A stretch of DNA of 64,000 nt from Paraspadella gotoi (lineage: Eukaryota; Animalia; Chaetognatha): the NCBI GenBank assembly GCA_051294375.1, contig CM119264.1, positions 17,186,278 to 17,250,277 of the forward strand, in the 5' to 3' direction. Shown one piece after another: positions 24,221-37,965 of the stretch. The notes beneath the pieces are model-generated. The model had not been told where the DNA came from. It saw nothing but the letters and a program-made list of their open reading frames with translations, and searched no databases. Position 1 is the stretch's first letter. Each line of letters opens with the position of its first letter. The position numbers were made by a program, and so were the translations under genes.

Positions 24221-26385
24221 GGCGCCTGAGAAGAGAAGAGGGGAAAAAGAATATACTAGACTTGTTCATTAGACGGTGTACGAGACCTTTTTATCTTTTA
24301 AAGCGACCGAAAATGTTACTTATTTTTGTCAAAGAAATGTTCAGCAGGGACATTGTGGTCCACAAATAGCTGTGAACGATTACTTGTCCGGCGACTTGAT
24401 TTATTGTATTCATGGTATTGTTGAATTCAAGAAAACAATTTTTTTCTTCCTCTTTAAATAATAAGTTGTTTTCGACCTTACTCAAGAATTGGGCGATAAG
24501 TTAACTTCTGATCAAATTTTCCTAAGTTGCATAGATATCAAAGAAAAACGTCGCTCAAAAATGTATTGTTTTGATTGGCTGAAAATATTTCTGAGATTAT
24601 CTTCTTTTCAGTTTTTCTCTCCCATTCGCAGGTTTTAAATAAAAAAAAGAAACTGTTGCACCAGCAAACTATTTTAGTATCTTTTTATAATTAATTCAAG
24701 ATATCACAAAAGACAGTTTTTCTCATCTTGACAGCCACCTTTATTCACTTTGTTTTCTTGCTGGGTTGCGCTAACTTTTCTTGTTCGATAATTAAAACAT
24801 CTAGAATTTTTTTAAAAATTTAAAGTTGTAAACAAAATGAGAAAAAACAAAAGATCGCCGTATCTATTTTTTTTTAGAGTAAGTTGGGAACGGCAAAAGA
24901 TTCAAGTTGTTGGAATTCGCGATGTCGCTTTGTTTTTATATATTGTTCTTTTTAGTCGATTTTCGTCCAATTAGGTGTAGTGTGGCGGCTCGCGCTTCCG
25001 TTTTTATCATCTCCGTTTCTCCTCGTTTCTTCCTCCATCATTCATGATCCTCTGTCATCCTCCGTGATTATTTACTGTGGCGACTAAAGTTGATATCAAC
25101 GTATTTTTAGATAGATAAGAAGTTGCGATCAATTAATCAATATTCAATATGATATTTATCCTCATTTCGAAACATCCGTGGCAACCGCATTTACTGCATT
25201 TAATAATCCCGGTAATTACATTTTGTTTAAAGATTGAATTCTTTAGCCATGTTGAGTTCTGTGATTCCTAGATTCCTGACATGCATTTGTTGGTGTTGTA
25301 GACGACGAAAATAATAATAATAAAAAGAAAGAGAGAGTGAAGAATTGTGAAGTTGCCCTATTGCCGTGTCCGGTCAACCTAGGCGACCACCGGGCGAGAA
25401 CCCCGCACCAATGACCACTGATGAACGGTTGGTGGATTTTAGTCCACCATAAAAAATACTTAATAATAATCATCACGTTTTCCTTTTAAAATGTATTAAA
25501 AATAAAAATTTCAACTTGGGGGGAAAAAAACTTACGAAAGGCGACTTTGTTAATGAATAATAGTTTCAATAGTAAATAAGTTAGGTTTTACATGAGAATT
25601 TTTTTTAATAATAACAAATCACCATACTGACTTTTCATCACCAAAAATTTTCATTTTTATTTCAGATAACTTCACAATCAGCATTAAAAATTGTTCAATT
25701 TGTTTTATTGATGAAAATTTAAAAAAACTATAAAATTCAGTCAATGATGAGGATGATTATGTTTTTTAAGGTTTTTTCTATTTTTAACCAATTTATTCTC
25801 GAAATTTTAAAAAAATATAGTACTAACTTTTATTTAATTTTTCAAGCTTTATAAGAATCCGTTCTTAAAAAATAAAATTTAAAAAACAATTTTTTTTCAT
25901 TTGTTATTTATTAATAAATATTTAAAAGCTTCAGTGTAACAACCCAATGAACTAATTCAAAAAGTTGTATCGAAAATCGATTTAGTAGTAAAAAGAAAAT
26001 ATAAATCTTTTTGAGAGAACTAGAAGTTATAAAAAGTGTAAAATTTTTGGCCCGCCTTAGTGATTTTACTATTATGAAATTTGAACATTTCTTTAGGTCA
26101 ACATAAATGTCAAATGGTTTTCTAACTAATAAAAGTTATAAAAATAATATATTGTGAAAGAATTACGAGTTTAATCAAGTCTTTTTGTATCGCTCCAGAT
26201 TGAAGTCCCTGTAACTTGATTCTTTTACTTATAACTTTTTAACTTTTTGTCAAAAATTCATCGGGCTTTTGAATTGGGTAAGAATGGAATTTTGTTTTAC
26301 AATAAAAGATGTGTTGTCAAGGACGGTCAACACGTATCACCATTCACCACATAATGCCAATGAATTCGTCCAAAATTCTCGTTGG

Positions 26386-29187
26386 TCAAATCCTCTTCTT
26401 TTCCTTTTGGTTTTCTTCGACGACAGCATCCAAGGTTATTGGAGCTTTGGTCGCTAGCGTCAATTTTTTCTCCGCTTCGAGTCCCCATCCGTCATCTCCC
26501 TTGAAGAAGCTCCTGAGAAGTACGTACGATTTCGTCAGTTTCATTTATATATAAATATATATATAAATATATCAATCCCGGTTTTTAAATCTAAATAGTC
26601 TTCGTTATCAGATATGTTCTTTCATCGGCTCAGTGCTAACCCCTTCTTTCCCGAGTAGTCTTTGCAGCCGACGCAAGCGCAGTGCTCCTTTGTCCGGCCG
26701 CACCAGCCGTGGACGGAGCAGCATGGGTCCTCCCCCTGTGGGTCACACTGAGAGGGGCCGGTGGTGCCTGCCACGGGGTATTCGTGGCCGCATCGGCCGT
26801 CCTCGCGCCATTGCGTCTGTGTGTCCGACATGGGAAAGTAAACATCCCGCAGATCCTTCTTGTCACCAATGTAGCCAACCAAGGTGGGCTTCCCAGCTGT
26901 GGAAAGGTGAAGGGATGGAGAATTTAAAAAGGAGTGAGAGGAAATCAGTGGTTAGATAAGGAGGGTTAGTTTCACTTACTTGTGCAAGCTCCGTCGGTTA
27001 TTTTGAAACCATCAGGACATTGATTCACGCAAATGTAAATTCTGTGAATGTGTAATAAAAAAAGGAGAAAAACGAAGTTATTTCCAAAATCCTGTATTTT
27101 CACTGAACAACAATAATTTTCTCGCCAATTTTATTGAGACGTCTAATATATTTCTATTAAAGTTTCACGATTCTATTGATGTAATTTAATTATATTGAGT
27201 ATCGTTATCATACTTAATGTATTATTCAATTAACTAAAATTTTTCTGATGCATTACAATAACTACCTTTTTTATATTTAAAACAGAAAATATAAAAATAC
27301 CTGTTATAATTGTAAAGATAAAGTCCTTTGCGGCAACGAGGACACCCAAGGAAAGTGCATTCGCTGTGAGCGCATCCAGGAGGACATCCAGCAGCTAATG
27401 ACATTTGTGTATGTTTTTTTATATTTTTGGCTGTTTTATGCATTTATTAGAAAAAATTATCAAAATTTTTTAATAGAGAAAATAATCCAAAATTATCGAT
27501 AATTTTACGTATACAATAAATGCATGATATTGCATATGTCATCTTACGATTCTGGAATAGTGGATGCCCTTCCATAGAGTAAATATTCAGAGGGTCAGCC
27601 TTAAAGTTTGCAAAAGGTTTGACCTCCTTAACGGAGCCAATGGATGCCAAGAATTGAGACAATCCCGGAAGAGTCACCGTTTCGCTTTGCGTCGTCTAAA
27701 TTAATTTTATGAAAATTTGCAAATTACTTGTTTCACTATTTTATATTTTTATATTTTTTATTGAGACTTATGGATATAATTTTTGGTATTTTTAAGTTTA
27801 AACATTAAGGTATAATCAACCAACGGCCAAAACCTTATCATAGTTGCATCAACATTAACGGGGGCAGTCGTAATCATCGGTAACTTAACAAGTTTGAGCA
27901 AACATTGTCGGATCTGCCCACGATCATTAGCGGTAATCAGATGATCATATAATTAATTGATTAATTAAGTAATGGATTAATTATTTAATATTGATGCTTT
28001 TATATTTTTTTATTTCTAAAAATATATTTATGTATATAAATGCTCACGATCATTAATGGTATGCAGCCGACCAGATAACTAATTAATTAATTGATTCATT
28101 TATTAATTAGCTTGCATTTACATTTAATATAAAAGGGAAAAAAAGCACAATAAAATGGTGAAACAGGTTTTTTATTTTTTCAATTTAAACTTATTTTCAC
28201 TCGCACGATTCCACGAAACTTGATTTCCAGTTCAATCACACACAAAATTTCAAGTCAATCGTCTGATAAACTCATGAGTAATTGGCGATGGAAGCTAAGA
28301 TGGGACGGTTGGTCAATTGACATAATTTGGTCAACTAGCATAATTTGATCAATATGCATAATTTGATCAACATGCATATTGCATAATTTGGTCAACTTGC
28401 ATAATTTTGTCTTCTTGCATATTTTTTTCAACATGTATGATTTTTTGATAAATTTTTATAACAGATCATTAGATTATAAATCATAACAGATTTCTGAATA
28501 AATCATTAACAAAATCTATCAATAAATCAGTCAATCCACTTAACAATTAGGTAATTAATCATTTTATCTGTGAAAAAGAGAGAGAGAGAGAAAGATAGGA
28601 AATGTAAATGTGTAAATGTGTAAATGTGACTTTTGTTTTTTCCACTTGCATTAAAACACTTGCACGATTCCATCGAAACTTTATAGCTAGCTTAATCCCA
28701 CACTTTTCTACCCACACATAAAATTTTATCTCAATTCATCTATGCAATTCTGATTAAATAAAAAAATCATGAGTCAAAAAAAGTAAAAAAAAAGTCAAAA
28801 AAATTTAAGTGAATATGACTTTTGTTTTTTCCATTTCAACTCAATTCCACTTGCACGATTCCATCGAAACTTAATATCTTAGAAGGAATGTTCTAAATTC
28901 CCTGAGTTCAGTAAGCCTTTGGGAACCCGTGCATTTATCAAACACTTTTTCCTTGTTGATCACTGAGCGTCGAAAACACGCGTTGAAGCATCAAAGACCT
29001 TTTTATTAACAAGATTGTTGAACCCGTTGATGATTCCACCAACGCTTCCAACGGCTTTTGCGTCAAGACCAGAAGATTTGCCAGGAAATCCGTTTAGGTT
29101 ATGTAAAAACAAGTTCGATGCCACTGAAGATGTGGTCAGTAGAATGACGACGGAAAGGAGATTGAAAGAGAGAAATAAGAAAATCAT
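26386..29187 (-). CDS. Secreted protein with a furin-like Cys-rich repeat and a hevein-like (chitin-binding type 1) domain
   Basis: Phase-consistent exons 29187-28999, 27695-27548, 27394-27301, 27041-26980, 26896-26641, 26512-26386. Signal-peptide-like MIFLFLSFNLLSVVILLTTSSVAS; CPPGCAHSECTFLGCPRCRKGLYL...CVNQCPDGF...C; WREDGRCG...QCDP..EDPCCSVHGWCGRTKEHCACVGCKDY. Confidence 0.75.
27909..28290 (-). repeat. Dispersed repeat, partner of 5574-6052
   Basis: Reverse-complement similarity blocks to 5.57-6.05 kb. Confidence 0.7.
28308..28440 (+). repeat. ~18-20-bp tandem repeat (GCATAATTTGGTCAAC-like)
   Basis: About 6 imperfect copies following GGGACGGTTGGTCAA; the pattern is typical of subterminal arrays of non-autonomous DNA transposons. 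Confidence 0.7.
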
Positions 29188-30941
29188 TGTCAAGTCCGGA
29201 TAAATTTCGCAACCCAGGATTTTTAGATTTTGTTTTCTTTTTATTCAGTAAATTTATCACTGTTTTTTTTATATAAAGTCTCCGTCGGTTTGTTTTATTT
29301 ATTTTAATAATCGAAATAATTGAATAGAAAGACGAATGAATGTTTGGACGATCTCTACTCCAGTGCCCTCAGTCGTCGGTTTCGCGCACTTTTGTCAACT
29401 CTTTCTCTCTCTTTATTTAAAAGCGACCAATCAAGCTTAGAGATTGCAGTATAAAAAGCCAATTACCTTTCCTTTTCGCCTCTCAAGGCGACAAATTCAT
29501 CACCCACAGGTTCACAGGCCCGATGCAACAAGTGCAGTCGATGTTGGTTTTTTTTCACCTTTTTTTTCTTAGCCGATGAGAAGTAAATTTATACACATAC
29601 ATATTTATATAATTCGCTTAGTTTTTACGTTTACACAATTTGTTAAAATATTTATACACAGCTAAATGTTCAAACTATTATTAAACCTTAAAAAACTAGT
29701 TTTTCCTTCTATCCTTTTTAAAAACGTTGGAAGCATATAGTTTTATTCTATAGTCTCGATTAACCTTTTATTTCTGGTTCTTTTCATATACTGTTCTACG
29801 GAATAAAAGGTAGGACTTAACATTTCTTGACGATAACGATAACGATGACAACGTCAGCAGCATTGATGATGACGATGATAACGATAATAGGCGATTTACA
29901 ATAGTATAGAATTAAAAGGTGGTAGTTTAAACCTAACTGACTTATACTTTGAATAAAGTATACATTAAACAATCTACCATTGCTCTTAAAAATCTCGTTC
30001 GATTTTGTTAATGATTACATTTTAATTTTTTAGAACAATATTAATCATCTTCGAGCGAATGGTTTCTTGGTTTCTGACCAAAAACAGAAAACTTTATTTT
30101 TAAAAATGTATTTATAAGCAGTATGACGTTTAAAAGTTCATGTCACATTGTTATATTCCGTATGACACCGACCTTACTCTACAGAATATATTTAAATACA
30201 AAACCTGACGACTATTAAAATAAAGTCGACTTGTACAAGTAAAAAAACATCAATTTGAATCCAATCAGATTAAAAAAGGTTTAAAACTATAGGGTATCAT
30301 TAAAAATTTAAGAAAGACTTATTTTTTTTATTCTTTATTCGATAACCGGCATACAAGATATGACTAAATTTTTATAAACTACAATCAAGCTGGATATCTT
30401 GGTATTTGTCATAAATTTTCTGCTTATCAAATGTTGCGACTAACAATGAGCTTTTTAAACAATATAGAATTGATGAAAAACCATTATATTTTATTTAAAG
30501 AAGCCTTTAAATGATGATGCAAAGCGTAAATGTTATGCATCTTTAGCAGATATTGACTATATTTATAAAGTTTCTAATCGTTCCTTGAAAGTATCAACTG
30601 GAAATGACGGTTATGTTATAGCGTTGGTTTTCAAATTTATTTTGGTTTTTTTTTCGTTTGTTTTTGTAAAAACACTGTAAAATGGACTGGATTCGTCCCT
30701 TCATAAGTTGGTAAGTGAAAGAGGGATACATACATACACATACACAACAACCAAAAATGAGGAAAGGAGAGATGATGTGTAATCACCATCCCATGTTCTC
30801 CAACTCTGTCTACCTTTATAATGTCGCTCAGAGCGAGATTCTCTTTCTCCCTCTTTCCTTCTCAAAAGTTAACCTACCAACTAATGTAGCAACTAACGCC
30901 GTCTCGAAAGTCGTATATAAACGTATGAAATCGTCTCTTCC

Positions 30942-33540
30942 TCATATGTTTCCACGCGTCTCGCCGAGCAGATGCAGATCTGGTTGGCGCGACGTCGAGG
31001 CGCCGATGGAGGGACCAACGTGGTGCCGATGTCGCTGCTGTGGCGGGTGGACGAGATGACGCGGCGTATTGGCGTCGCTGGTGTCCCTCTCCGTCTCGTA
31101 CGGACTCGGCGTGTCCGTCTGGCTCAGAGTCCCGTCCGCCGCCGTCAGTTGCGAGGCGTTCAACATTGTAATCGAGGCGAGTTCGTCGCCAAGTTGGAAC
31201 GTCTCCACCTTCAGGCTGGATGGATGACAGGGTCGGAAACATTGTACATTGTACCGCGAGAAGTTAGCGAGGATTTGGCAAAATTAGGGCCAGAAAGGAG
31301 GGAAATTACTAATAAGGACGTCGTCAGGGAATGTAAAATTATTTATTAAATTTCATTTGGTTTCCTCCGATTATATTTTATTCTTTGGTTTTTACCACCT
31401 TTATTCTCTAATTTACTTCCTTTTTTTCTTAAGCCTTACGAGGCTTTCCGGCCTTTTCTCTGAATTTTTTTATAATTATACTATTAACTTCATATTTATA
31501 TTGCTTAAAACCACAGTGATGTAGTGGCTTAGTAAAATTAGTTATTCGCTTCTGAGTTAGAATGAATTTGGAAAAAGTTAAATTCATCAAAAAGAAGTAC
31601 ATATGTAAAACGCTTTTTTTTTCAAATTATCTTTGAAATATTTTTTAAACATTTTAAAAATAATTATCAGAAAAATTAAAAGATTTAACACAATTAATCG
31701 CGACAGACAGACCGACCAAAACTTTTATTGAGTCGAGATAAGGCGCGGCTAAAAATCGATATTTCTGAAAAAAACATTTTTTAAAGGTTTGCTTCCGCTT
31801 TCAACCTGAAGTTTACTTAGTCGTCCTCCTTGTTTTGTAGTAAATGTATTATGTATCGGACTATGGCTAAGGTTATGGCAATGGCTAAGGCTAAGGCTAA
31901 GGCTAGGGCTAAGGCTAAGAGCCTAAGACTCGATGATGATTCCTACTTAGGAGAACTAGTTAAAAAAAAGAAAAAAGCTCTTAGTCTCAGAGTGGCGTCT
32001 TTTTTATATTTTTTAATATTTTTTTAAATTTGTACATTAAAAATAATTTTTAATTATTATTTTTAATTTTAAATTGTTATTTTTTTTCTCCTTTCCTTTG
32101 ATTATTAATTCCTTTAATTTCTTTTTGACTGTTGTGGTGGATCTTAAATTCCTGTTCCGCATAGCATTAGTTATGGCAATAACTTGGACAGCTACAAAAG
32201 TACTCACTAACCAACCGTGAGCTTCGGTTTCAATCTCCTCGCGGCATCGCTGGTTAAGGGTAATGCTGCTAACATAAACACGTGTGTGCCTCATCACTTA
32301 CTGTTTTTTTTTTCTAGTTTTAATTTATTTTTGTTTTTGCCCATATTGATAATTTATCCCAAGTCCTTGGCGTCGTACTTCACTTTATACTCAAAATGAA
32401 ATGAATAGGATCAACTTCGGACTGCAACCTGCAAGATTTGAGTTCCAACTCGTCGGTTGCAGAGAGAAGCGCCGTCTCGGGTCCTGATTCGTCCTCCGTG
32501 TCCTCGTGGATGACGCCGTTGAGGAAGGAATTGTTTCCAACGCCGCCGGCCGCCGACGTCGCTTTCGTCGTCCTCGTCGCCGGCGTCGGCGCCGTCGTCG
32601 TCAGAGCGATTTTGCCGTCGTCGGTCGCTAGCAACGCCGCATCCTCGGCGTCCTTGGATTCCGGACTCTGCGGCGTCGAATCGAATCCGACTCTTGATTT
32701 CTGTCCTGGCGGAAAAGCCGCTTCCACGTCGTCGTCGTCTCCGTCGCCCATTTCCCCGCCGCCGGCGCCACCGCCGCTTTCGCCCGCTGGCTCGCCGGCG
32801 CGCTTCCCCGAGTCGCCCTTGCCGGAACCGGCGTTCTTCTTCGCTCGCAGGGTCGGCGCGTAGTGCAACGTCTGAGCGCGCTTTGCCCAGCAGAAAAAGA
32901 CGCAGCCGACGATGAAGACGGCGAAGCCGAGGACGACGAAGACGGCGCCATACTCGATCGGAGGAAAACCCTGCGCGATCCAGCACGACGTGAAGATGAC
33001 GCCCAAAAGGAAGACGATCCCGCCGAATAGAAAGACAAAGATGGCCGCCGGCGCCGAGACGCAAGTTTTCGGAGGACGACGCCGTTTGCTCCGGCGCGAA
33101 GAGGAGGCGCCGCTGCGGGAACTCTTGAAGTGAACCTCGAGTGGAAGGAGTGGAGTAAATGGGTCAGGGTTGTTGAGAAGGAGGGTGATCGGATGAAAGA
33201 TTTGTTATGAGTTACAAATTATCACTCTTAATTATGTTTAGTATTTTAATTCTACAGTAAATTTCTTCACTGTTTTTGTGAATCGCAGATAAACTTTATT
33301 TTGAAAACTGCTTTTAAAGCTTCGACTCACCTGCGGCGCTGCAGCGCCTCCCGGCGTCGCTGCTGAGGAAGAGGCTTGGGGAGTCGAGCCGGGGATGGAG
33401 AATGTGTACTCTCCCGCCCCCGACGACGATCCCGGCACAGTGAACGGGGCCTGCTCGTTGCTCGGCGAGACTCCGGAAGTAGGGTCAGGTATTGGCACCA
33501 AAGGGTTTTTCACTTTAGGGTAATAACGCACTTTACTCAT
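30942..33540 (-). CDS. Uncharacterised two-pass membrane protein with long disordered tails
   Basis: Exons 33540-33331, 33135-32429 and 31215-30942 join in frame; hydrophobic hairpin AIFVFLFGGIVFLLGVIFTSCWI / YGAVFVVLGFAVFIVGCVFFCW followed by a basic patch; GC-rich coding-like composition. A similar topology occurs in TMEM200/TMEM100/PIRT-type proteins, but no orthology is claimed. Confidence 0.7.
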
Positions 33541-35225
33541 TGTTGGCGTGGAAGTGTAGAAAGAGAGGAAGAGAGAGAGAGGTAATAAAAAACCCTCACG
33601 CTTGTTGGGAATGTTGTTTTTTTTTTCTCGATTGGCTTAATTACAACGTGATTATTATTTCTTTTTTTTTTGGGTGCTGAAATTACGCATTTATAAAAAA
33701 AGTTTATTTTTTGTATCGCATTGAAAATTTTTTAGTCTTGGTTAGTACAATTGAGGCACTGTTGTTTTTCCATGTGTTTTTTTACTTTTGATGTAGAGCT
33801 AAAAAACCGGTTGTTTATTTTTCGAATGGCGTAATTTTGTATGAATGAGTTACATTACTTTTTTCTTAGATGGAAGCGTTACGTTATTTCGCTTGAAAGC
33901 GACTTCATTGAGATTAGTCAAAAGGTGAATTTTTTGAGGAGTAACGGGACGAGAATGTGTTTCTGTTAGTTCACAAAGAGTTTTGATGGATGGCAGATGG
34001 TAATCTAATAAGGGTAAGAAGTTGAGAAATTTATCTTTGGAAAAAGACCATGCTCACCTGATTCGTAAAATCTTCCCGAAAATGAGTAAAATTTAAGAAT
34101 AAATTAATATTTTATGAACGTTAAACGCATTAGTCATGTTTTTTGGTAAAAATAGTTTTAAAATTATTTATTTGAACATTGCAGTGAAAGCTTTTTAACA
34201 AGTCCCCCCCCATTTGTAAAGGCGCTAATTTTTCTTCATAATATGTTATGAAAATAAGACGTAAATAAATAATGGCGCAATGGAAAAACAAAAGTCTATA
34301 ATCCGTTTTAGTAATTATTTGTTTCAATTTTTTATCTGTTTTAGAAAAAAATTCCCCGCCCATAGAGTCAACCGTCGGTTTGAGACGATGATAAATTACG
34401 AATATCACATTATATCCTGAAATATCATAAATATTAAAATCAATTGAGAAACGTCACTCATATGAAGAAAAATAGGGAAATATTCGCTGAGAGAAAGAAA
34501 ACTCGTTGAAAACGTCTTTCATCCATTTTCATTTCGTTTCGGACGTAGGAAAAAAAATGTGTGATTCTTATAAATATCCGCGTAAAATAATCCGAAAAGC
34601 CTCAAAAGTGTTATACTTTCGTGCGGATTCCGGCACGGAAGGGGCCCTAGAACAAAAAAAAAAAGGAGAAAAGAGAAAGCATCGTCGGCGGCGGCGTCGT
34701 CGGCATTGTTGCCGGAGGCGGCGTTGGCGTCAGAGCGAGAGCGCGCCCGGGGAACGACGTGGCCGACGCGCCGGCGACGCTGCTGCTGCATCGGAGGAAA
34801 AGGGAAGAGGAGGAGGTGAAGAATGAAGAGGAGGAGGGGGCGCGAATGGAAGTACTGCGGTTGGTTTCCATCGATTCCCAGTCTTCGGCTCCGCAAGAGA
34901 ACCTCACAGATGGAATCGCGCGTCTGACGACGTGGAAATTCTTTTTTTTTTTTTTCCTTGAGAGCGAGAATCGCTGTCCTCACTCAAAACGCTTCTCTTT
35001 TTAAGTCGAGTCGAGAGGAAAGACGCATCGTCGTCGTTACAAACTTTATCTTTATCTCTTTCTCTCTTTTTCTCACTGTCTTCCTATGAATTGGTTAGTA
35101 TTTCTATCTATCTATCTATCTATCTATACATATTTATCTATATCTATATATATATATATAATATTAATTACTATATTAACTATATTTACTATATTTCAGA
35201 GTTTCATTTATGTGAGATGATCTCA

Positions 35226-35259
<34 letters not shown>

Positions 35260-35834
35260 CTCCGTTTCTCTCTCACGTTCGACTGTAAGCAAGACGAGGC
35301 CAATAACCGTAAAGCTTAACTAGTTTTCCGAAAATTCGTTAGAGTTGATTGTTTTTCGATAGATTTTCTTCGAGTGGTTCACTATATACACAAGGGCAGA
35401 ACCAGCTTGAACCGTTTTATAAATTTGAATTTTAGACTCTTTTCATATTTTAATAAGAAAGGAATTAACCCGAAATTATGTACTCTACCACATTAAAATC
35501 AAGTCAAAAGTTTCAATATGGTAACTAGCACAAGTACGAGTTGCGCGAGGCTTTGTCTGGGGTTGACTTAAAGAGGGCCGCATCTCCCAATGTATTATTC
35601 AAAGTTCCCTTTACAAAGTTCGCTTTACAATTATAAATAATTGCTGTATAATCAATTCGTTACGCTAAATTTGCACATGTACAAAGTGGTTAGAGAAAAA
35701 GGTAAGGAATTAAAGAGAGAGAGATGAAATAGTGACTTAATTGGCCTCATCAATGTCTTCCCTTTTGTTTTAACTGTCTTGCAGCTCGCGCCGCTCATGC
35801 TAGCCTTCAAGAGACTGAAATGACAAAAGACAAG

Positions 35835-35848
35835 GTTGTCAGGACAAC
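35835..35848. promoter_or_regulatory. Candidate RFX X-box
   Basis: GTTGTC-AG-GACAAC, inverted 6-bp half-sites fitting the X-box pattern, about 350 bp upstream of the HOATZ ATG. Confidence 0.45.
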
Positions 35849-36199
35849 TAATAACACTTCCGGCTTTCTTTTTTAACTTGGAAAAAAAATAGAAAACTTT
35901 AATATAAGTATAGAATTAAGTGAAATTATTTAATTTGTTTACAGACAATAATTAAATAATTTCACTTTATTCTAATTTCAAACGCAACGAAACAAAAAGC
36001 TCGAAATAACAATGTCAAATATAAGTATAAGATATTTAGGATCATTCGCGAGTTATATTTTAATTTTTTTCGGGGATACAGCTGGTATAATTTTACATTT
36101 AATCCTAAAAAAACTCGGAAAAAACGACTTTTCTACAGCAGCGAACATAAAATTCTTGGATTCCTGATGACATGAATAAAGACAATAAAACCATCTCTA

Positions 36200-37145
36200 A
36201 TGCCAATGGCGTTCCTGACCGAATTCTTTCCTCTCTCGTCGGAGATGTCGTCGTTCGACAACGCGGAGGCGGACCCGTCCGACGTTGCCTTTGCCAAATC
36301 CTTCTGGCAGTCGATCCAACTCAACCCTCCCGTCGAATCCACGCTCGCCACTCAGAACGTGGGACAGCGGATTAAGACCCACCACAACGGCCTCAGCGCC
36401 TCTTCCGGCAGCGTGGGTCATTTGGCGTCCCTTAAGGTAAAGATGTATTTTCGAGCTGATTTAAAATATACAGACGTACTAAGTTGGGAAAAATCATTTA
36501 TCACTTCAACTCACTTCTGTCAATTTAATTTTTGTTTAACGTTATTTTAATGCGAAGTGAGCTACTAATTACTTCAGAGCCTTGTTTAATCCTAGCCCGC
36601 GCCGCAAAGTAACTCCGGTCCCCTGGATTGCCCCCCTTCCAATTCGACGAACGTCCTTGACGCCCACGGAGATCTCCTGCCCAATCAGCTCGTCAACTTC
36701 TACGCCCGGGTTCAGCGTCACGCGGAGACCGAAAGGCTTGAGGAGCGCAAGAAGTGGGCGGAGATGCGACGCAAAGAAATGGAGGTTATACTTATAGAGG
36801 CTTTAACCGTGTCTGGATTCGATATTTAACTAAAAGTATAAGTAGTTTCATCTTGAAAAATCTCGGAAAAATATCCACGCAAAATAAAAAAAGAAAAAGT
36901 TAATGTATTTTGTAAAATTCGATATCGCTTAATCCCTTTATGCCTGAAAGCGAGTGGAAGAACGATCTCGCCGCAGACGTTCGGAGATCCTTAATCTCAG
37001 ACACGATCCGCCTCAGCCTTCGCAAGATTTAGTCGACGATAGGATCAACGAACTTCCCCCGGAAATGGCGGAAGAGCCTTGTGAGGACGACTTCGACGGC
37101 ACCAGGAACGATGCAATCGAAGCCGTCAAGAGCTTGCCCGATTGA
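36200..37145 (+). CDS. HOATZ: Cilia- and flagella-associated protein HOATZ (C11orf88-like)
   Basis: Exons 36200-36436, 36596-36784, 36951-37145 in frame. Signature SDVAFAKSFWQSIQLNPPVESTL...QRI, a central charged helix and C-terminal DAIEAVKSLPD match the recalled HOATZ motifs (AKQFWISASMYPPSESQL, EEVKTLD). The start could be 36206. Confidence 0.8.
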
Positions 37146-37502
37146 ACTCTCGGCAATAATGGCGTACGATCATTCTTTATAGTTTTTACTGTTTTACGGT
37201 TGTAATTTCGTTTCTTTGGAAATTGATCACTCGGCAATAGTCATGACTGTCATCACAGCTAAAGTAAATATAAAAAAAAACCAGATGAGCTGTACTTATT
37301 TTAACAAAGAGATAAAGAAAGTGTTTTTTTCACAAGGAATTGGCTCGGGGATTTAAGTTCGACAAAAAAGTAAAATGAACAATTGAACATGGGAGTGAAT
37401 AAACGATACTTTGAGAGAGTCTTGATTGAAAGCTTGCAGGGACCTGCTATGTCATTATCTTGTAAGAGTGATGGGGCCTTAAACCACCAAAGCCTGTCCA
37501 AA

Positions 37503-37585
37503 GTCAGGGGCAAGATAGCTTATTTATTAAATGAATGGATAATTTTTATATTGGTTGTAACAATTTCATAAATGGCTGCCCTGAC
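37503..37585. mobile_element. Tiny MITE-like element
   Basis: Termini GTCAGGGGCA...TGCCCTGAC; partial copies at 21535 and near 47160. Confidence 0.5.
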
Positions 37586-37737
37586 GATATATGTACAATT
37601 GTACATGTATCGGCTGTAGATCTGGGGAGTGGGATGGCAAGATCTGTTAAGTTTGAACGGAAGAATGATTCCACCAAATCTTCAAAGATTCTCCCCAAAC
37701 TTTCCTTTCCTCTCTTTTCCCTATTTTCTTCTTGGTT

Positions 37738-37768
<31 letters not shown>

Positions 37769-37872
37769 GCTTTCCGCCGGCGCATCTCGCTCGAGAAATT
37801 TCCATTAACCGCGGATGTCTCCCTAGTCAAATCCAACACAAAGCAAAACCATCAATTTTCTGTGCCATGACA

Positions 37873-37965
<93 letters not shown>

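Noticed and set aside
34506-35004. Overlapping GC-rich ORFs upstream of the 2-TM gene
   Set aside because: Low-complexity translations; more plausibly promoter or 5' UTR sequence; no in-frame splice link found.
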